From Mytilus edulis (taxonomy: Eukaryota): 64,000 nucleotides of DNA. The DNA lies in the NCBI RefSeq assembly GCF_963676685.1, contig NC_092349.1, positions 14,384,001-14,448,000 on the forward strand, read 5' to 3'. Numbering within the stretch: position 1 is the first letter of the stretch; each line of letters begins with the position of its first letter. The translations under genes and the position numbers were made by a program. This document shows positions 1 to 14,400 of the stretch, piece by piece. Under the pieces are notes generated by a model. It was not told the origin of the DNA. It did not search any database and saw only the letters and a program-made list of their open reading frames with translations.

Positions 1-834
1 ATGTGTTTAGTTCCGATGCAAAGACCCTATCAGTGAATCAATGTTAAATCCAAAATATGCAATCTTTAATGACCTGACAACAGTATCGTAACTATATCCC
101 CTTTTAATAAGTCTATTTAAGGTTGTGTTAGTTTCTGAGGAGAATACTGACATTTTTGTGCTTTATAAAGAATATTTCCATAAAATTTTGGATGTGAAAT
201 ACCTGAACGTATAAGATGTCTGCATGTTGAGTTATATTTACGAATTATTGTATAGATAATAAGGGATACGTTGTTAATGTTCATGAAAAGTATTTAAAAT
301 GTTCACAAAAATTATTAATCGTAATTTTAACTGATGAGCTTGGATGTGTACAAAGCGGGGATTAAGACCTCCGTTGGTAATTACTAATACATAAAACTTC
401 TAAATCGGCGTCTTTTATCTTGTCATATTTTCTTTTGAAAAGAAAGTGTGAGATGAAAGAAAATGAAGAGAATTCAAAATTTGTTTAAATCTTTTGTATC
501 CGATAATAAACAATTTTGTCAACTTTAAATGACCTAAATAATGCTAAGATCGATTGGAAATTACTCTCTCGGATAAAAGCAATAGGAAAGAATTGTAACC
601 GAAACAATTGAATAAGTAAAAATAATGTAATTATAATAATGAAAGACCCGGACATACAAATACATCGATCTGATACCAGAATAGTGATCCCCTTCCCATT
701 TTCAACCGGACTTATTTTAGCTTTACCAAGCTAGTCAACAGGTGTGTCCCTTGGTCTCTCAAACTTCCGGTTTTCGTTTGAGTCGAACTACGTGTATCTC
801 GAAATATTGCTCTGGTCCGGCTGACTTCGAGATA

Positions 835-1051
835 CTGTAAACCAACTTATTTTCGCGGATACTTTATTTCGCGTTTTACCCTTTCTAGTCTATTTCGCGG
901 CTATTTAATTTCGAGATTTTCCAATTTCTGGATATAGTTTAATAAGGAAAGATCTAAGTTTTACATATTCGCGACGATTTATGTTCGCGTTATTTTTCTA
1001 CTCGCGAAAGTCGCGAAAATAAAGTGCTCGCAAAAATAAGTTGGTTTACAG
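835..1051. mobile_element. MITE with TA target duplication (Tc1/mariner-type termini)
   Basis: TA|CTGTAAACCAACTTATTTTCGCG ... CGCAAAAATAAGTTGGTTTACAG|TA: ~23-bp TIRs, internal TTCGCG/CGCGAA motifs, no coding capacity. Confidence 0.85.
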
Positions 1052-1611
1052 TAACTGTATATATGTATGTTAATATCGGGTCGAATGACTATCGTCAGTC
1101 TTTAATTATAGTGTGTCTTTCTAGTTTTTGGTGAAGTTCGTGTTGTTTATTCTTTAGTTTTCTATGTTGTGTTATGTTTACTATTGTTTGTCTGTTTGTC
1201 CTTTTAATATGTAGCCAAAGCGTTGTCAGTTTATTGTCGATTTATGAGTTTGGCTGTCCCTCTGGTATCTTTCGTCCCTCTTTTATTTGGATGTTATTTA
1301 GATGGTTTATTAGATGGCATCTATTCTACAATATGCACGAAATGCTGATATATTGTAACAAGCACATGCATTGTTAATCCCCTTATCTTTTTTCTATTTG
1401 ACTTTTGTTATTTGTATTTAGATTTGGTATGTTGCGAAACAAGAATCAAATAGAAGAATTTAAGTTAAATCAGTGATAATTAATTTGAACCTGTATGCCC
1501 CTTTAAGGTAACTGATTATCTCAAATTTGTTTGATTTGTGAGGGTTTTACACGTAACCCAGACATAAAACCTTGATATAAAACCAAGCATCGGAACTAAA
1601 CGACTTTTTCA

Positions 1612-2548
1612 TTCTTCACCATGCTCAAATACGAAAGTACTTATAATCTCGATACAAAATGCTGTAAGGAAAGTGACGTTTCCCAAATTTCTTGCAATTT
1701 GCTTATTTCTGCTAGTCTTTAAATCACACTACTATTGAATGAAAGTATTTGTTTAGGTTTTTTCTTTTCAAAATGAATTTCTTTTCCTTAACATCCGCAA
1801 CTATAGTGGTGCATTGCCTGTCAAATTCTTTCTTGGTTCTTGTGTAGGCAGCTATTTCAGTTTTCAACACATGACTTATTTCATCTGAAGATTTGATGAA
1901 TCATTTTATATGAACTAGTAATATTTGCAGGAATTATATGAACCCATTTTAATTACGTTTATTCACTCAAAAAAATATGCTTTTGATACATGAAATGAAA
2001 GAGAGGACTTGATAAATACAAAAACATGCAAGCAGCGAAAATTGTTCAAAAGAACCTTATAGACGTGAAATTACTATTTGTGCAGTCATGTTTTGTCTCA
2101 CGGGGCAAGACATGTACTGTTTTTATGAAATAGGGGTTTTCAATTAAGTTATCTTGTCGTGCATGTTGGAGAACAGAGGTATTTTATATATAATTTCAAA
2201 GTCAAACTTTATTTTCTTCAATTAAGAGTTCTTATTGAACCCTTTTCAATATCATGCTGACATCTTTTTTTCAAATCTACCAAATGTTTTCATTTAAAAT
2301 TATTTTAAACTTAAGTTTCATAATCATTTGTTTAAGGGGAAATGGTTTGCAATTAGATTCACTGTACATTTATTTTTTGTTAGATACCATATTGATATTT
2401 GTCCAGCAAATTCTAATTCAGACCATAACCTAATGCCATTGTGAATGCAATTTGTTTCAGAATCTAGATGGTTATAATTGGCATTCCATACAAAAGAAAG
2501 ACATGGTGCAATTTAGCTGCATGAACAATAGCAAAAAAAATCTATCCT
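1612..2548 (+). repeat. Dispersed ~0.9-kb repeat; inverted copies at ~13120-14050 and ~15560-16235
   Basis: For example, CTTATTTCTGCTAGTCTTTAA (~1702) is the reverse complement of TTAAAGACTAGCAGAAATAAG (~13940). The sequence is colinear over the whole interval. Confidence 0.85.
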
Positions 2549-3939
2549 TTAGGCCTTACTTTGAATCCCTCATATTTTGGTAAATTTTTTTGACTAGTTT
2601 ATGATTTCGAAAACCCCGGTGTAATAATTTTTCAGTAAAACCTAAATTTCTTTTTTTAACATCAAATACGTTGTTACATACACGAGCGAACCGAACAAGT
2701 TGAGGTGTATGAACACCATAAGATTAAGATGGTGACAAGGGAACTTCACCATCTACAAATGAATAATTAACGATAAGAAATGAAAAATCATCTTTTTATC
2801 ATAGATGTTTGTATTAAGCTTCCCTTTATTGAAATAGATATCAAGATCGTGGAAAGGGCAGTGGTCATTGTTATTATAAGCTTTATACAGGATAAATTAC
2901 TTTAGTATACATACTGATCATGAAGTCGTCATTATTAGATAATTTTCTTTAAGCACGTATTTGCAAATCATGTTGACAGCCATCTTCGCTAACCAAGGGT
3001 TACGATCCACTACCGTTCTCTTCACCCTTGGCGGATTGAGATAAAATGTCGGAGACACAAGGTAAGGATTTTTATTTGTTGCAGTCGAAACTCGCTGCAT
3101 CCAATCAAAAAGCACATATAACATGATCACGTGTAAATGTAGAAAGTGTTTGTAAACAATTGCCACGCGTTTATTGTGCAACAAGTCTTTACATCCCTAA
3201 ACATACGACTATATTCAGTGATAACTTGAATGTTTTTCATCAACTAATAGAAGTTCCTGTGTATTTTTCATGCACAAATGCATGAATTTTGACGTATATT
3301 TTCATTTCATTGTTTTGTAAACTAAAAGCTGAAAGATAGTCAAGATCGTCAGATGTTTGAAATGACTCTATTGTTGAAATCACAAAGATCTGTAAAATGA
3401 AGTTAACAAATCAATGCTGAAAGTTGATAAATCTTTATTTTTCTATCTACATTTTACAAATTTATTTAGAGTTTTACATAGACATCTTTGAGTCAGAAGG
3501 AGAGGAATGCTCTTTAATATACAATTGATGGGGGTTGTCGGTGGGATTCCTCTTCTCTAACCTTTTGGTATATTAAGGATTTTTAAAATGTAAAACATTT
3601 CAAAATTTGCGTATGTGAAAGTGTAACCTTTTCCCATTTTGGTTTGGTTTCATCTGGTGTTCAGCTGTGAAAAAATAATAATACCGGGCTTTTTATGAAA
3701 CAAGTAAAGGGAACTTTTTTGTTTCATATCATATAGTTCTGACTTTCCATATCAATATCAGAATATTGTAATAATTTACATTTGTTGATCCAATGTATTC
3801 AAAATGGCGGGTCCCTGTTAAGTTATGACTTGTCAACTGTGGATTTGATGGTAATATTTAACCAATGAAAATGATTGTTACATAAAAATGCATTACAATA
3901 ATTATTGTACATGTTGCTATAGTGACATGCAGTAGCCTT

Positions 3940-6900
3940 TTATTCACAACAGAAAAATTTTACATCATTTACTGCGGTATCGTCTTGTCCATAAGGACTT
4001 CCTCCATGGATTTTAGTTTGTATACCACATATTGCACTGTTCACTGGACAAGCGTCACTCCATTCGCCATAAGAACCGTACACACCATAACCGGGGGGAT
4101 AGCTCAGATCGAAGTTACCAGCGTCATTTTTAAAATATCTGCACTTGAATTTGACGTAGTTGGCACCTGTGTTATCAACTCTAACCTATAAAACAATTGA
4201 AAAAAATAAAAGTTCTGACTTCACGCCGCTTAACAGAGAAAAACATATGATTGCGTTGGTAAACTATGTGTTTAAGGAAGATATATATAATACGTCTAAA
4301 TAACAACCCAACAATGTTAAATTTGTAAATTTGCGGAAGCAATTTTTTTTCTTCCGTGGCTGGATTCGAACTCATGCTACTGAGATATCGTGGCACCAAA
4401 TCGCCTTGCACTATGCCCTGCGCGCTATATATATTATGTGTTTGTGTGTTTTCGGTTTTAATTGGATAAATTTTCAGATTTATATAGTTCGAATCCCGAC
4501 GATTGCAAATTAAACATTGTTGTGCTGATACTAAGAGTAATTATGAATATATATGTTTTCATCCATGTATCACCTTCACTGGTGATCCAATAGATGGATT
4601 TGTCGTAGAATTGTCACTTGTTTAGACGTACTATTTCTGTGACTGTATCTTACGATCCTTTACGATAGATATTTACCTAATGTGCGATCAATTCAATCGT
4701 CATGCCTAACATATCATGTACTGTGTTACAACTCTAGATTCTACTGACGAGAAAGGGTAACACTAGTCCGCCGTAAACTGAATTATTTTATGTTTTTCTT
4801 TGAGTTTGGTATTTTTGTTATTTTACTTTTTGGTTGCAAATTGATAAACAGACAATATTGCAAGATTTAAGGATGTACTTAAGTGAGGTTTTGGAATTTG
4901 TGTCAAATTTTCGGACTCCTTGGTGTTTTTCCATACAATACAATGTAAAATATTTTGCCCCATAACACCCATTTATTTTTTCATATAAGACTTAATAGCT
5001 CATGAAAGGTCATTTACTAAAATTTTAGAAGATTCTTAATTTTCTTTCTTTTGTTTTGAGACCTAATAATACCAATGCAAATATAAGGTAAAAGTCCGAG
5101 TCAGCCTTTTCCCGCCATATTTTAAATCTCAAATATCTCGAAAAGGAGGTCCATGACCTATCAATATTTTTAGCTTATTTTTATCCTTAATTCATGCTCT
5201 ACCAGCTTTTAACTTCTTAATTTATTAATTTTCACTTAACCTCACCTAAGTACATCCTTAATTTATTGCAATAAATGTAATAAAACTTTAGGTGTCTTAT
5301 CATACATATACAACCCAACAGATATCGTTATTCTGTATCTGTATACCATCTGCATAGCGATATCCATTGGGCTGTATATATATGTATAATAAGACACCTA
5401 ATTGCAGGATTACATTTTTTTTAAAGATTTGTTGAGTTTTATCTTCCACCAGGAATGCAATTAAATGACTATTGATTATATCAAAAATAAATAGTTTTAT
5501 TTCATTTATTGCAAACACTTGTAAGCAATCATGTATTTACTTCAATATAATACAAAACTTAACTTGAAATTACTTTATCTATTTCTAATCTATTTTATCA
5601 TTAATAATAAAAAAAAATATCATTTGTTTCGAAAGCTCAAAATGCAATGCAGTGTTAAGTGTCGAAAAGAGCACTTACTACAGAATAAAATGGAACGCCG
5701 TTATTGCCTTATGGTACTACCTTATTTATCATTAAGATGAGCTTTTGCAGGATAAAGAAAATAACTGTTTAGTGTCTATAAATATCAGCTGTATTTGCAC
5801 TCGGCTCGAAATAGGCGGTCTACCTCGCTTAAGATTTCTTCACACCTGTTTCGTAGCCTCGTACACATACTGATTATATTTAAAGACACTAAACAATTAT
5901 TGTCTATATAATAAAAAAGCTACTCCCAGTGGAGATTTTGTACCTTTTAACAAGGCATTATTTGATACAAATAACCTGATTCTTCTTGTTTAGTAATTTA
6001 TACAGTCTAGACAATAGATATATAGACGTGTGATAATTTCTGTCCAAAAACATATAAATTTATTACAGTGTAAACATCTTACATTGTACTGTTCCACTTG
6101 TAAGGAGAATGCGACCAGCAATGTTTTAGCTGGACAAAGTACTTCATCTGTCCAACCACCCCATTCCTGCTGACCAGACCTTGATGTGTCACCACAAGGT
6201 ACACCCCCTCTGCTTCCGCAGATAATTTCGATAGCATTCAGTTCTGTTCTATCCCCTGTCAGTGGCCCTTCAATCTGTCATTCAAAGAAGAAAAAAACAA
6301 GCAATTATATTATCTTACACCTACTCATCTAATGCAAATGTACGGACCCCGTATATAATATATCGTATTATCACATATTTGTTACGAAAAAAATGGGTTT
6401 TGCAGATGTTATAACCGCAAAATTGTCCTACTCATACTGCAGTCCGGGGCAAAAGAGTGGTGGTTATTTTTTTTTATTGTGCTTCGATTCCAAATGACGT
6501 GACGTTACATTAAAAATATGAGAATGGTTTTAAATAAATTTTTGATGACAGTGTTTTTCTCTGATTTATAGAAAATGGTATTTGAAGCAGCTGTCGAAAA
6601 CAAACCCACAGATTAAACAAAACAAAACCACCGACTACATTAATCACTCATGACTTACTCCTGTCAAAAAAAAAAAAAAGAGAAAGATCAATAATTTCTT
6701 TTTTCGCTTATGATATTTCTCTACGGTAAAAAAAAATTAGATAAAAATGAACATCTGACGCCTCCACACCATGTAGTGCGTACTTCCTATTGACCTGGCG
6801 CCTCCACACCATGTAGTGCATACTTCCTATTGACCTGGCGCCTCCACAGCATGTAGTGCGTACTTCCCATTGACCTAGCGCCTCCACACCATGTCGTGCG

Positions 6901-8761
6901 TACTTCTTATTGACCTGGCGCCTCCACACCATGAAGTGCGTACTTTCTATTGACCTGGCGCCTCCACACCATGTAGTGCGTACTTCCTATTGACATCGAT
7001 CAAAACCCGTAAGCTTAATATACCGGTAATAACCATGGAAATATACATACTTTAATTTTGTAACCAACGGCATAATGACCTTTCGTACAAAACTCTTGGT
7101 ATGTCCAATCACCAAAAACTCCACCATTTGATACAGACAATGTATAGATATAGTCTGAAAAACATAAGTTATTTTATAAATACGATTAACGTTACAGCAA
7201 ACACAACAGCACAAATCAAAGACCTCTAAAAATCAATACACAGTATATGCAACAATAAAAAGGTATGTGTACAATATAAGTTAAAGCAACACCAGCACCT
7301 CCACCTCCGCCCCATTAAAAAAACTAAGTATCAATTAGACAGAAACAATGTTCTGCAATCGACACTATTTGTTTTAAGATAGCAAAACCATTAGGTCTAA
7401 GACGAACACGTACTAGATTTCTGGTTTTGGACAGGCACACAAAAATTTATTGCTAGCAAACATGCTTAAATCCCGCCACATGCTTCACGTACCTGTCTTA
7501 GGTAAAAAGCTAATGCAAATAATCAACTTTTTATGATTCGCCCAATATCGATCGCCTCGTGAGAACACTAACAGATATAGGGCACACAATTATTCTGGTT
7601 CCCACTAATTAAATGGAGGTCATTGGTTTATATTGTTCATTTATTGTTTATCATAAATCGGATTTGTTTTTTCTCGTTTGAAATTTTTCGCATTTTGTTA
7701 TGACGTGGCCTTTTATATCTTGGGGTTTACAAACTAGAAAATAATCGTCAAAACAATAAGCATGATTAGAAAAAAGAGACATATAGTCGCCTTGTACCTC
7801 TTCAGGTAGACTTAGTAGACAACTTTAGTTAGTTATCTTTCCTGAAGATAATTCCTCTTGATATTTTAGTGAGAAAATTCGGAAAATAAAAAAAATTCAA
7901 AGTTTATATTGTGAATAAACATACTGCAGTTGTTCATAAAATAATTTAAAAAAAAAGCACCAACATATTATACCTAATCATTCACAGCACTCATAAGTTG
8001 ACTTCCTTTATCTGCCTTTGGTACATGAAAGGCCAACATAAAGATGGGAAATGTAATACTATTTGTTTTCCAATAATGCTACATGACTGCAAAAACTGCA
8101 CGGAAAGATATTGAATGTATAGAAAATTGTCCATCTAACTCATTGAGGGATTTCATCAGATGACAATCCGAATACTTAAAATCGAAGCTGAAAAAAACAA
8201 ACTAATTCAGTCACGTACTCAAAATGTCGAGACTTTGTTGTAATGTTTTAAGCTGTTATGATTTGTGGCTGCGGAAATAATAACAGCTTCACGTGTAGAG
8301 CTAAAAGGATTTGATATATTTATCCATATTGAAAGCATGTATGTATGGTAGTAAGTCAAGGGGTTCTGTTATTCTGTCATTAAGTTTCTCGGTTTACATA
8401 AGATCATAAAGCACATGTTTAACTTACCGCTAAATTTACGACCGGGGTGTAGAATTTTTGAGCCAATAACGTTGTTAAATTTCATATGACAGCAACCAGA
8501 GGGTCCCAGTTTACACTCCTTACTCGATTTTACATAAGTAGTCTCACAGCAGATATCACTGTTTTCCTCACAGAATGCGGCACATTGAATTTCAGACATA
8601 CTACCTATAACTTCGAGATCCGTTGACCTTATTTCCTTGTTTTTATCTACTCTGAAGAATTCCTTAGTTGTCTGATATTTCCCAACAGTAAGCCTCACGT
8701 TTTGAAATAGGAAACTCATTATCAAAGCGATTTCAAATATTTGCATGACTGTCTGAAACAA
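3940..8761 (-). CDS. Secreted PAN/Apple-domain + VOMI (vitelline membrane outer layer protein 1-like) protein, 4 exons: 8761-8428, 7154-7051, 6274-6083, 4185-3940 (~291 aa)
   Basis: Exon 1 gives a hydrophobic N-terminus and a PAN-type Cys pattern (SEIQCAAFCEENSDICCETTYVKSSKECKL). All introns are GT-AG with compatible phases (1,0,0). Exons 2-4 read LSVSNGGVFGDWTYQEFCTKGHYAVGYKIK / IEGPLTGDRTELNAIEIIC...QEWGGWTDEVLCPAKTLLVAFSLQVE / ...YGEWSDACPVNSAICGIQTKI...DDTAVNDVKFFCCE*, the three-fold VOMI repeat with its typical C-terminal DDTAxNDVxFFCC. Total 876 nt with no internal stop. Confidence 0.92.
4352..4430 (-). mobile_element. tRNA-derived SINE head fragment
   Basis: Minus-strand B-box GAGTTCGAATCC in a GC-richer tRNA-like segment; no full cloverleaf. 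Confidence 0.45.
4871..5257. mobile_element. TTAA-target MITE (Kolobok-like) in intron 3 of the VOMI gene
   Basis: TTAA|GGATGTACTTAAGTGAGG ... CCTCACCTAAGTACATCC|TTAA: 18-bp TIR with 1 mismatch and a TTAA duplication. Confidence 0.85.
5760..5901. repeat. Hairpin/inverted repeat (small MITE-like)
   Basis: AATAACTGTTTAGTGTCTATAAATAT... pairs with ...ATATTTAAAGACACTAAACAATTATT. Confidence 0.65.
6758..6994. repeat. 40-bp minisatellite, ~6 copies (intron 2 of the VOMI gene)
   Basis: Unit GCGCCTCCACACCATGTAGTGCGTACTTCCTATTGACCTG repeated head to tail with few substitutions. Confidence 0.95.
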
Positions 8762-9479
8762 TGAATATTTATTTTGATATTAAATGTTAAGTTTTAAATT
8801 TTCGAAAAATACTGAAAACTCATTTAATTTAGATCCACTCGATAAACTGCAATTAATTCATCTGCAGTGTATTCTATTGTTACAGTAGTCAAAATGAAAT
8901 AAAATAGCAATTGTGTGCGCATTTAACGAAGTCAAATGAAAGGCATTTAAATTAAAACATGTTTTTTTTTAAAAAGATTTTATTTTCGATTAAACCTTAT
9001 AAAAACTTTTTCCACGATTGAACTCAGCATTGAAATGAAAATGTTGTAATAACTTACCTCATAGTTAATTTAAGAGAGCGAGACGTCTGCAGGCAATTGT
9101 AATCGCACTGAATTAATAAAATTACACCAGTGATCGAGTTAAACTATATTGTTTTTCTTTCGTCTGGCGACATGTATATAAGGTCACGGATCAAGATGAA
9201 AGTAATCGAGGATTTGTCAGTTACTATACCAACACACGTTTCATAATTTGAAGTTTAAGTTGTCTTTTATAAATCGTTCAAATAATTTACACAGGCTGTG
9301 TTGATAAGGAATCTATATTCAATGTTGGACTTTTAGACAGAGAAAATATTTTGCATTTAAAAATAAATTTTTGAGCTTGTCATTGTGCCATACGGTACCT
9401 ACATCCATACATACTGCTCAAAATGGATAAAACGAGGAAAAGCTGACAAGAAATCGTTAGATACTATTTGTAATTCATT

Positions 9480-10520
9480 AATACTCCTTACAACAACCAT
9501 AATAGCCCTATTTCTAATATCAAACAAAAGCTAAAAGAGCTCGCCAAGGATATTTTTTTTGTCCCGGCTGATAAGGCTGCTTATAATACCATTATTGTTT
9601 GACGTAAATTTTACATTAAGGTTCTGCAAAAGGGAATCACGAATTCACCTACATTCCAACTGACTCCATTATCGAAAAATAGCTACCTCTTTACAAGCAG
9701 AAAGAAAACAAAGAAAGTTGCAACTATGTACTGGCCTATGAAGCTGCACAAAACTCCTTACAAATATAGATTATCTCTTCAAGCCATTGTTCCACTAACA
9801 AACTATCTATGCTTCTTACTAGTACATTTGATACAATCAAAAACCTGATAATAAATTGTTCAAATAAGGTCTTTAAGAATAGTGGAATTAATTACTTTTG
9901 GAGGGTCAAAAATGTGTTGTAAGTACTGGATAAATTACATGCTTATATAAGTGATTTTGAATCTGTTAATTTTTCAACCCTATATACCACTTTGTCTTAT
10001 AATCTTATTAAGAAAAAAAATCACACACCTCAAAAATATATTTTGAAAATCTTTTAGGTCATATTTTAGTAACAACAAACAAAAGAACCATGTCAATTGG
10101 ACCTGCTTTGAAACTTTTACTGCCTATGAATTTTTACTTGATAACATTTTTGTTCGCTATGGAGATTCCGTATATCACTCAGTCATCGGAATTCCAATGG
10201 AGACAAACTGTACACCACTTATTACGGAACTGTTTCTGTATTGTTACGAATTACAATTTATGATTAATATCAGCAATGACCCATCGAAACAACATCTGAT
10301 TCCAAGATATTTAATAATACTTTTAGATATTTGAATGCTATATTGGTTCTCAATAATGGCGCCTGAAGTATGTATACTAAAGAGATTTATCCTGCTGAAT
10401 TGAAATTAAATAAAGCTATTACTATCAATGAACACTGCTCTTTCCTGGATCTTAATATATTTATCTTTATCGGAATGCTCAATACTAAAATTTATGATAA
10501 AAAGAGATGATTTTTTTAAT
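9480..10520 (+). mobile_element. Decayed Penelope-like retroelement reverse transcriptase fragment
   Basis: Broken frames retain VPADKAAYN, NIFVRYGDSVYHSVIGIPMETNCTPLITELFLYCYE (consensus GIPMGTNCAP) and FRYLNAIL (degenerate RYxDD). Several stops and frameshifts. Confidence 0.8.
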
Positions 10521-10679
10521 TATTTACTAAATTTTATCATTGATAAAAGTCTATCGTTCGTAAATATAAATCCACATGCAGACATCTTATACGTTCAGGT
10601 ATTTCACATTGAATCTTTTATGATAGTATTCTGTACATTGATTGTGGGGATTATGGCCCAAAGTGTTTAGGAGTTGGAG

Positions 10680-11490
10680 CCAAAAACGATACTTTTCTTA
10701 TACTTTTCATAGATTGGTTACTTCTTAATCACTTTCAAAGGGGTTTAATTTTTGAATTCTTTGGGTTCTTTAAAATGCTGAATCTAAGCGTGTATTAATT
10801 TTTGAAATTTGGGCCCTGTTTTTGAATTGGTCTTCATTAAGGTCCAAAATTAAACTTGAGCTTAATTTTAACAAAAAATGAATTCTTGGGGTTCTTTGAT
10901 ATTCTGATCCTAAACATGTATTTAGATGATTGATTATGGACCCAGTTTTCAAGTTTGTTTAAATTGGGTCCCAATTTAAACTTTGTTTAATTTTAACAAA
11001 TATTGAATCCTTGGGTTTTTTTTATATGCTAATTCTAAACACGTATTTAGATTTTTGATTATGGGCCAAGTTTTCAAGTTGGTCTAAATTTGGGTCCAAA
11101 TTAAACTTTGTTTGATTTTTAAAAAAAATTGAATATATGGGTTTCTTTGATATGCTTAATCTAACCATGTATTTATATTTTTGATTTTTAGGTCCTGTTA
11201 TCAAATTGGTCCGCATTGAGGTCAAAAGGGTCCAAAATTAAACTTTATTTGAATTTTGAGATTCTTTGATATGCTGAATATAACCATGCATTTAGATTTT
11301 GGATATTGACCAATAATAGGTAAATTTGAATGTGTTAAGCTCAATATGACAACGTTCATTCTGTGTTAGAAACCTATGCTGTGTCAAATACTTTTAAATC
11401 ACAATCCAAATTCAGAGCTGTGTCTTGTCCCAACTGTCCAGAGTTCGACCACTGCTGTCGTATCAAGCTGCACACTGCGGATCATTTTAT
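10680..11490 (+). mobile_element. HINE/Helentron-like non-autonomous element with internal ~120-bp tandem units (partial second copy ~14050-14390)
   Basis: Repeated blocks GGTCCAAAATTAAACTT...TTCTTTGATATGCT...TATTTAGATTTT, followed by a GC-rich 3' end (GTCGTATCAAGCTGC...GCGGA) and a T-rich flank. Confidence 0.55.
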
Positions 11491-14400
11491 TTGACATGTT
11501 TTTATTAATGATAATACAACTTTGAAGATGAATTTAATGATACCATACAGTACATGCAGTATATTGACATGTTTTCTTTATTTCTTTATTTTAACCTTTT
11601 GAGGCGTGAAGAGGGGACTGTCAACTGTTTTTTTATGAATAAATTGACGATATGCCCGTTTTAACACTTGCAATTTACAAAATAGTGATGGTCGACATGG
11701 TTGAAAGTTATAGTTTAGACTATAGGGTTATTCAGGTAAACCCAATCTTGTAAAATGAATATAAAAAGATGTGGTATGAGTGCCAATGAGACAACTTTCT
11801 ATCCAATAAAATTGAGAATGGAAATGGGGAATGTGTTAAAGAGACAACAACCCGACCATAGAACAGAAAACAGCAGAAGGTCTCCAACAGGTCTTCAATG
11901 CAGCGAGAAATTCCCTCACTCGGAGGCGTCCTTCACTTGGCCCCTAAACAAATATACTAGTTCAGTGATAATGAACGTCATACTAAACTCCAAATTGTAC
12001 ACAAGAAACTAAATTTTAAAATAGTACAAGACCAACAAAGGCCAGAGGCTCCTGACTTGGGACAGGCGCAAAAAGGCGGCGGGGTTAAAAATGTTTATGA
12101 GATCTCAACCCTCCCCCTATACCTCTAGTTAATGTAGAGAAGTAAACGCATAACAATACGCACATTAAAATTCAGTTCAAGAGAAGTCCGAGTCTGATGT
12201 CAGAAGATGTAACCAAAGAAAATAAACAAAATGACAACCATATATAAATAACAACAGACTACTAGCAGTTAACTGACATGCCAGCTCCAGACTTTAATTA
12301 AACTGATTGAAAGATTATGTCTTCATCATATAAATATCGGGCACAATCCTTCCCGTTAGGGGTTTAGTATCATACCTTCATTACATATATGAAATTTTAA
12401 GTATAATTTGTAAAAGTTAACCATTATAGGTCAAAGGACGGTCTTCAACGCGGAATCTTGGCTCACACCAAACAGCTAGCTATAAAGGGCTAAAATAAGA
12501 CTATACAGTAAAACCATTCAAACTGGAATAACCAACGGTCTAATCTATATAAAAAACGAGAAACGAGAAACACATCAACAACCGACAACCACTGAACATC
12601 AGGTTCCTGATTTAGGACCGGTGCAAACAAATACAGCGGGTTCGAACGTTTTTATAGGTTACAACCTTCACCTTTTCCTGAAACAATCGTGTAACATCAC
12701 ACCATAAAAAGGCCCACTAGAAAACATCAATTAAAACGGGTTAACTCATCCAAAAGACATATTAACACAAACAAGCGAATATACATCGAGCGAAAAAATT
12801 TGATTTACGACACTATATAAATACGAATTAATAAAATAAGGGGTGAGATGTCAAAAAAAATCGATAGACAACCATAGCCTCAAACAAAATGCCGTCAAAT
12901 AAAAAAATATACACAGGTAAATGAAAATAATTTTGTTGTAAGTTATTCAGTAATGCAGAACGGAAATAATTTTTACAAAATAATTTTGGGGTTCATAATA
13001 CGATAACAGAAGTGAAAATTTATAGTCATACCAAACACTCAAAGCTGTTTTATATTTGAAAAAAAGAGACGATATATATAAAAGACAAGAAATATAAAAG
13101 ATAAAGTTTAAACATTTGCGGTAGATCTTTTTTTTTTTGCCATTGTTCGTGTTGCTAAATTGCATCATGTCTTTCTTTTGTATGGAATGTCAATTTTAAC
13201 CATTAAGATTCTGAAAGAAATTGCATTCACAATGGCACAGGATTATGGTCTAAATAAGAATTTGCTGGACAAATATCAATATGGTGTCTAACATAACTTA
13301 AACGCACAAGGAATTTAATTGGAAACTATTTCCCATCGAACAAATGATAATTAAACTTAAGGTTAAAATCGTTCTAAATGATAACATGTGTTACATTTGA
13401 AAAAAAGATATCAGCATGGTTTAAAAAAGGATTCAATAAGAATTCTTAATTGAAGAAAATAAAGTTTGACTTTGAAATAATATATAGAATACCTCTGTTC
13501 TCCTACATGGACGGCAAGATCATTTAATTGAACACCATTATTTCATAAAAACAGTACATGGGTTGCCCAATGAGACAAAACATGACTACACCAATAGTAA
13601 TTTCAAGTATCTAAGGTTCTTTTGAACAGTTGTCGCTGCATGCATATTTCTGTATTATATCAAGTCCTCTCTTTGATTTCATGTACGAAAAGCATTTATT
13701 TTTAAGTGAATAAACGTAATTAAAATGGGTTCATATAATTCCTGCAAATATTACTAGTTTATATAAAATAAGTCATCAAATCTTCTGACGAAAAAAAAGC
13801 CATGTGTTGAAAACTGATATAGCTGCCTGCACAAGAACCAAGCAAGAATTGGGCAGACAATGCCTACTGTAGTTTCGGACGTTCAGGACAAGAAATCCAT
13901 TTTAATTTTTTTTTAATTTTTATACAATACCAGTATGAATTAAAGACTAGCAGAAATAAGCAAATGGCAAGAAATTGGAAAAGTGTAACTTTCTTTACGG
14001 CATTTTGTATCAAGACTATAAGTTCTTTCAAATTTGAGCATGGTGAATATATGGGGTTCTTTCATATGCCAAATCTAAACATCATTTTGATTTTTGGGCC
14101 CTATTATCAAATTGGTCCACATTGAGGTCAAAAGGGCCAAAAATTAAACTTTGGTTGAACGTTTGGGATTCTTTGATATGCTTAATCTAATCATGTACCT
14201 ATATTTTTGATATTGGTCCATAGTAGGTAAAGTTGATTTTTTCAAGTTCATTTGAGACCACATCCATTTTGTGTCAGAAACCTATGCTGTGTCAAATATT
14301 TAATCACAATCCAAATTCAGAGCTGTATCTTGCCCCAACTTTTAGACCTCTGCGGTCGTATCAAGCTGCGTCCTGCGGAGCAATTTATTTGACATGTTAT

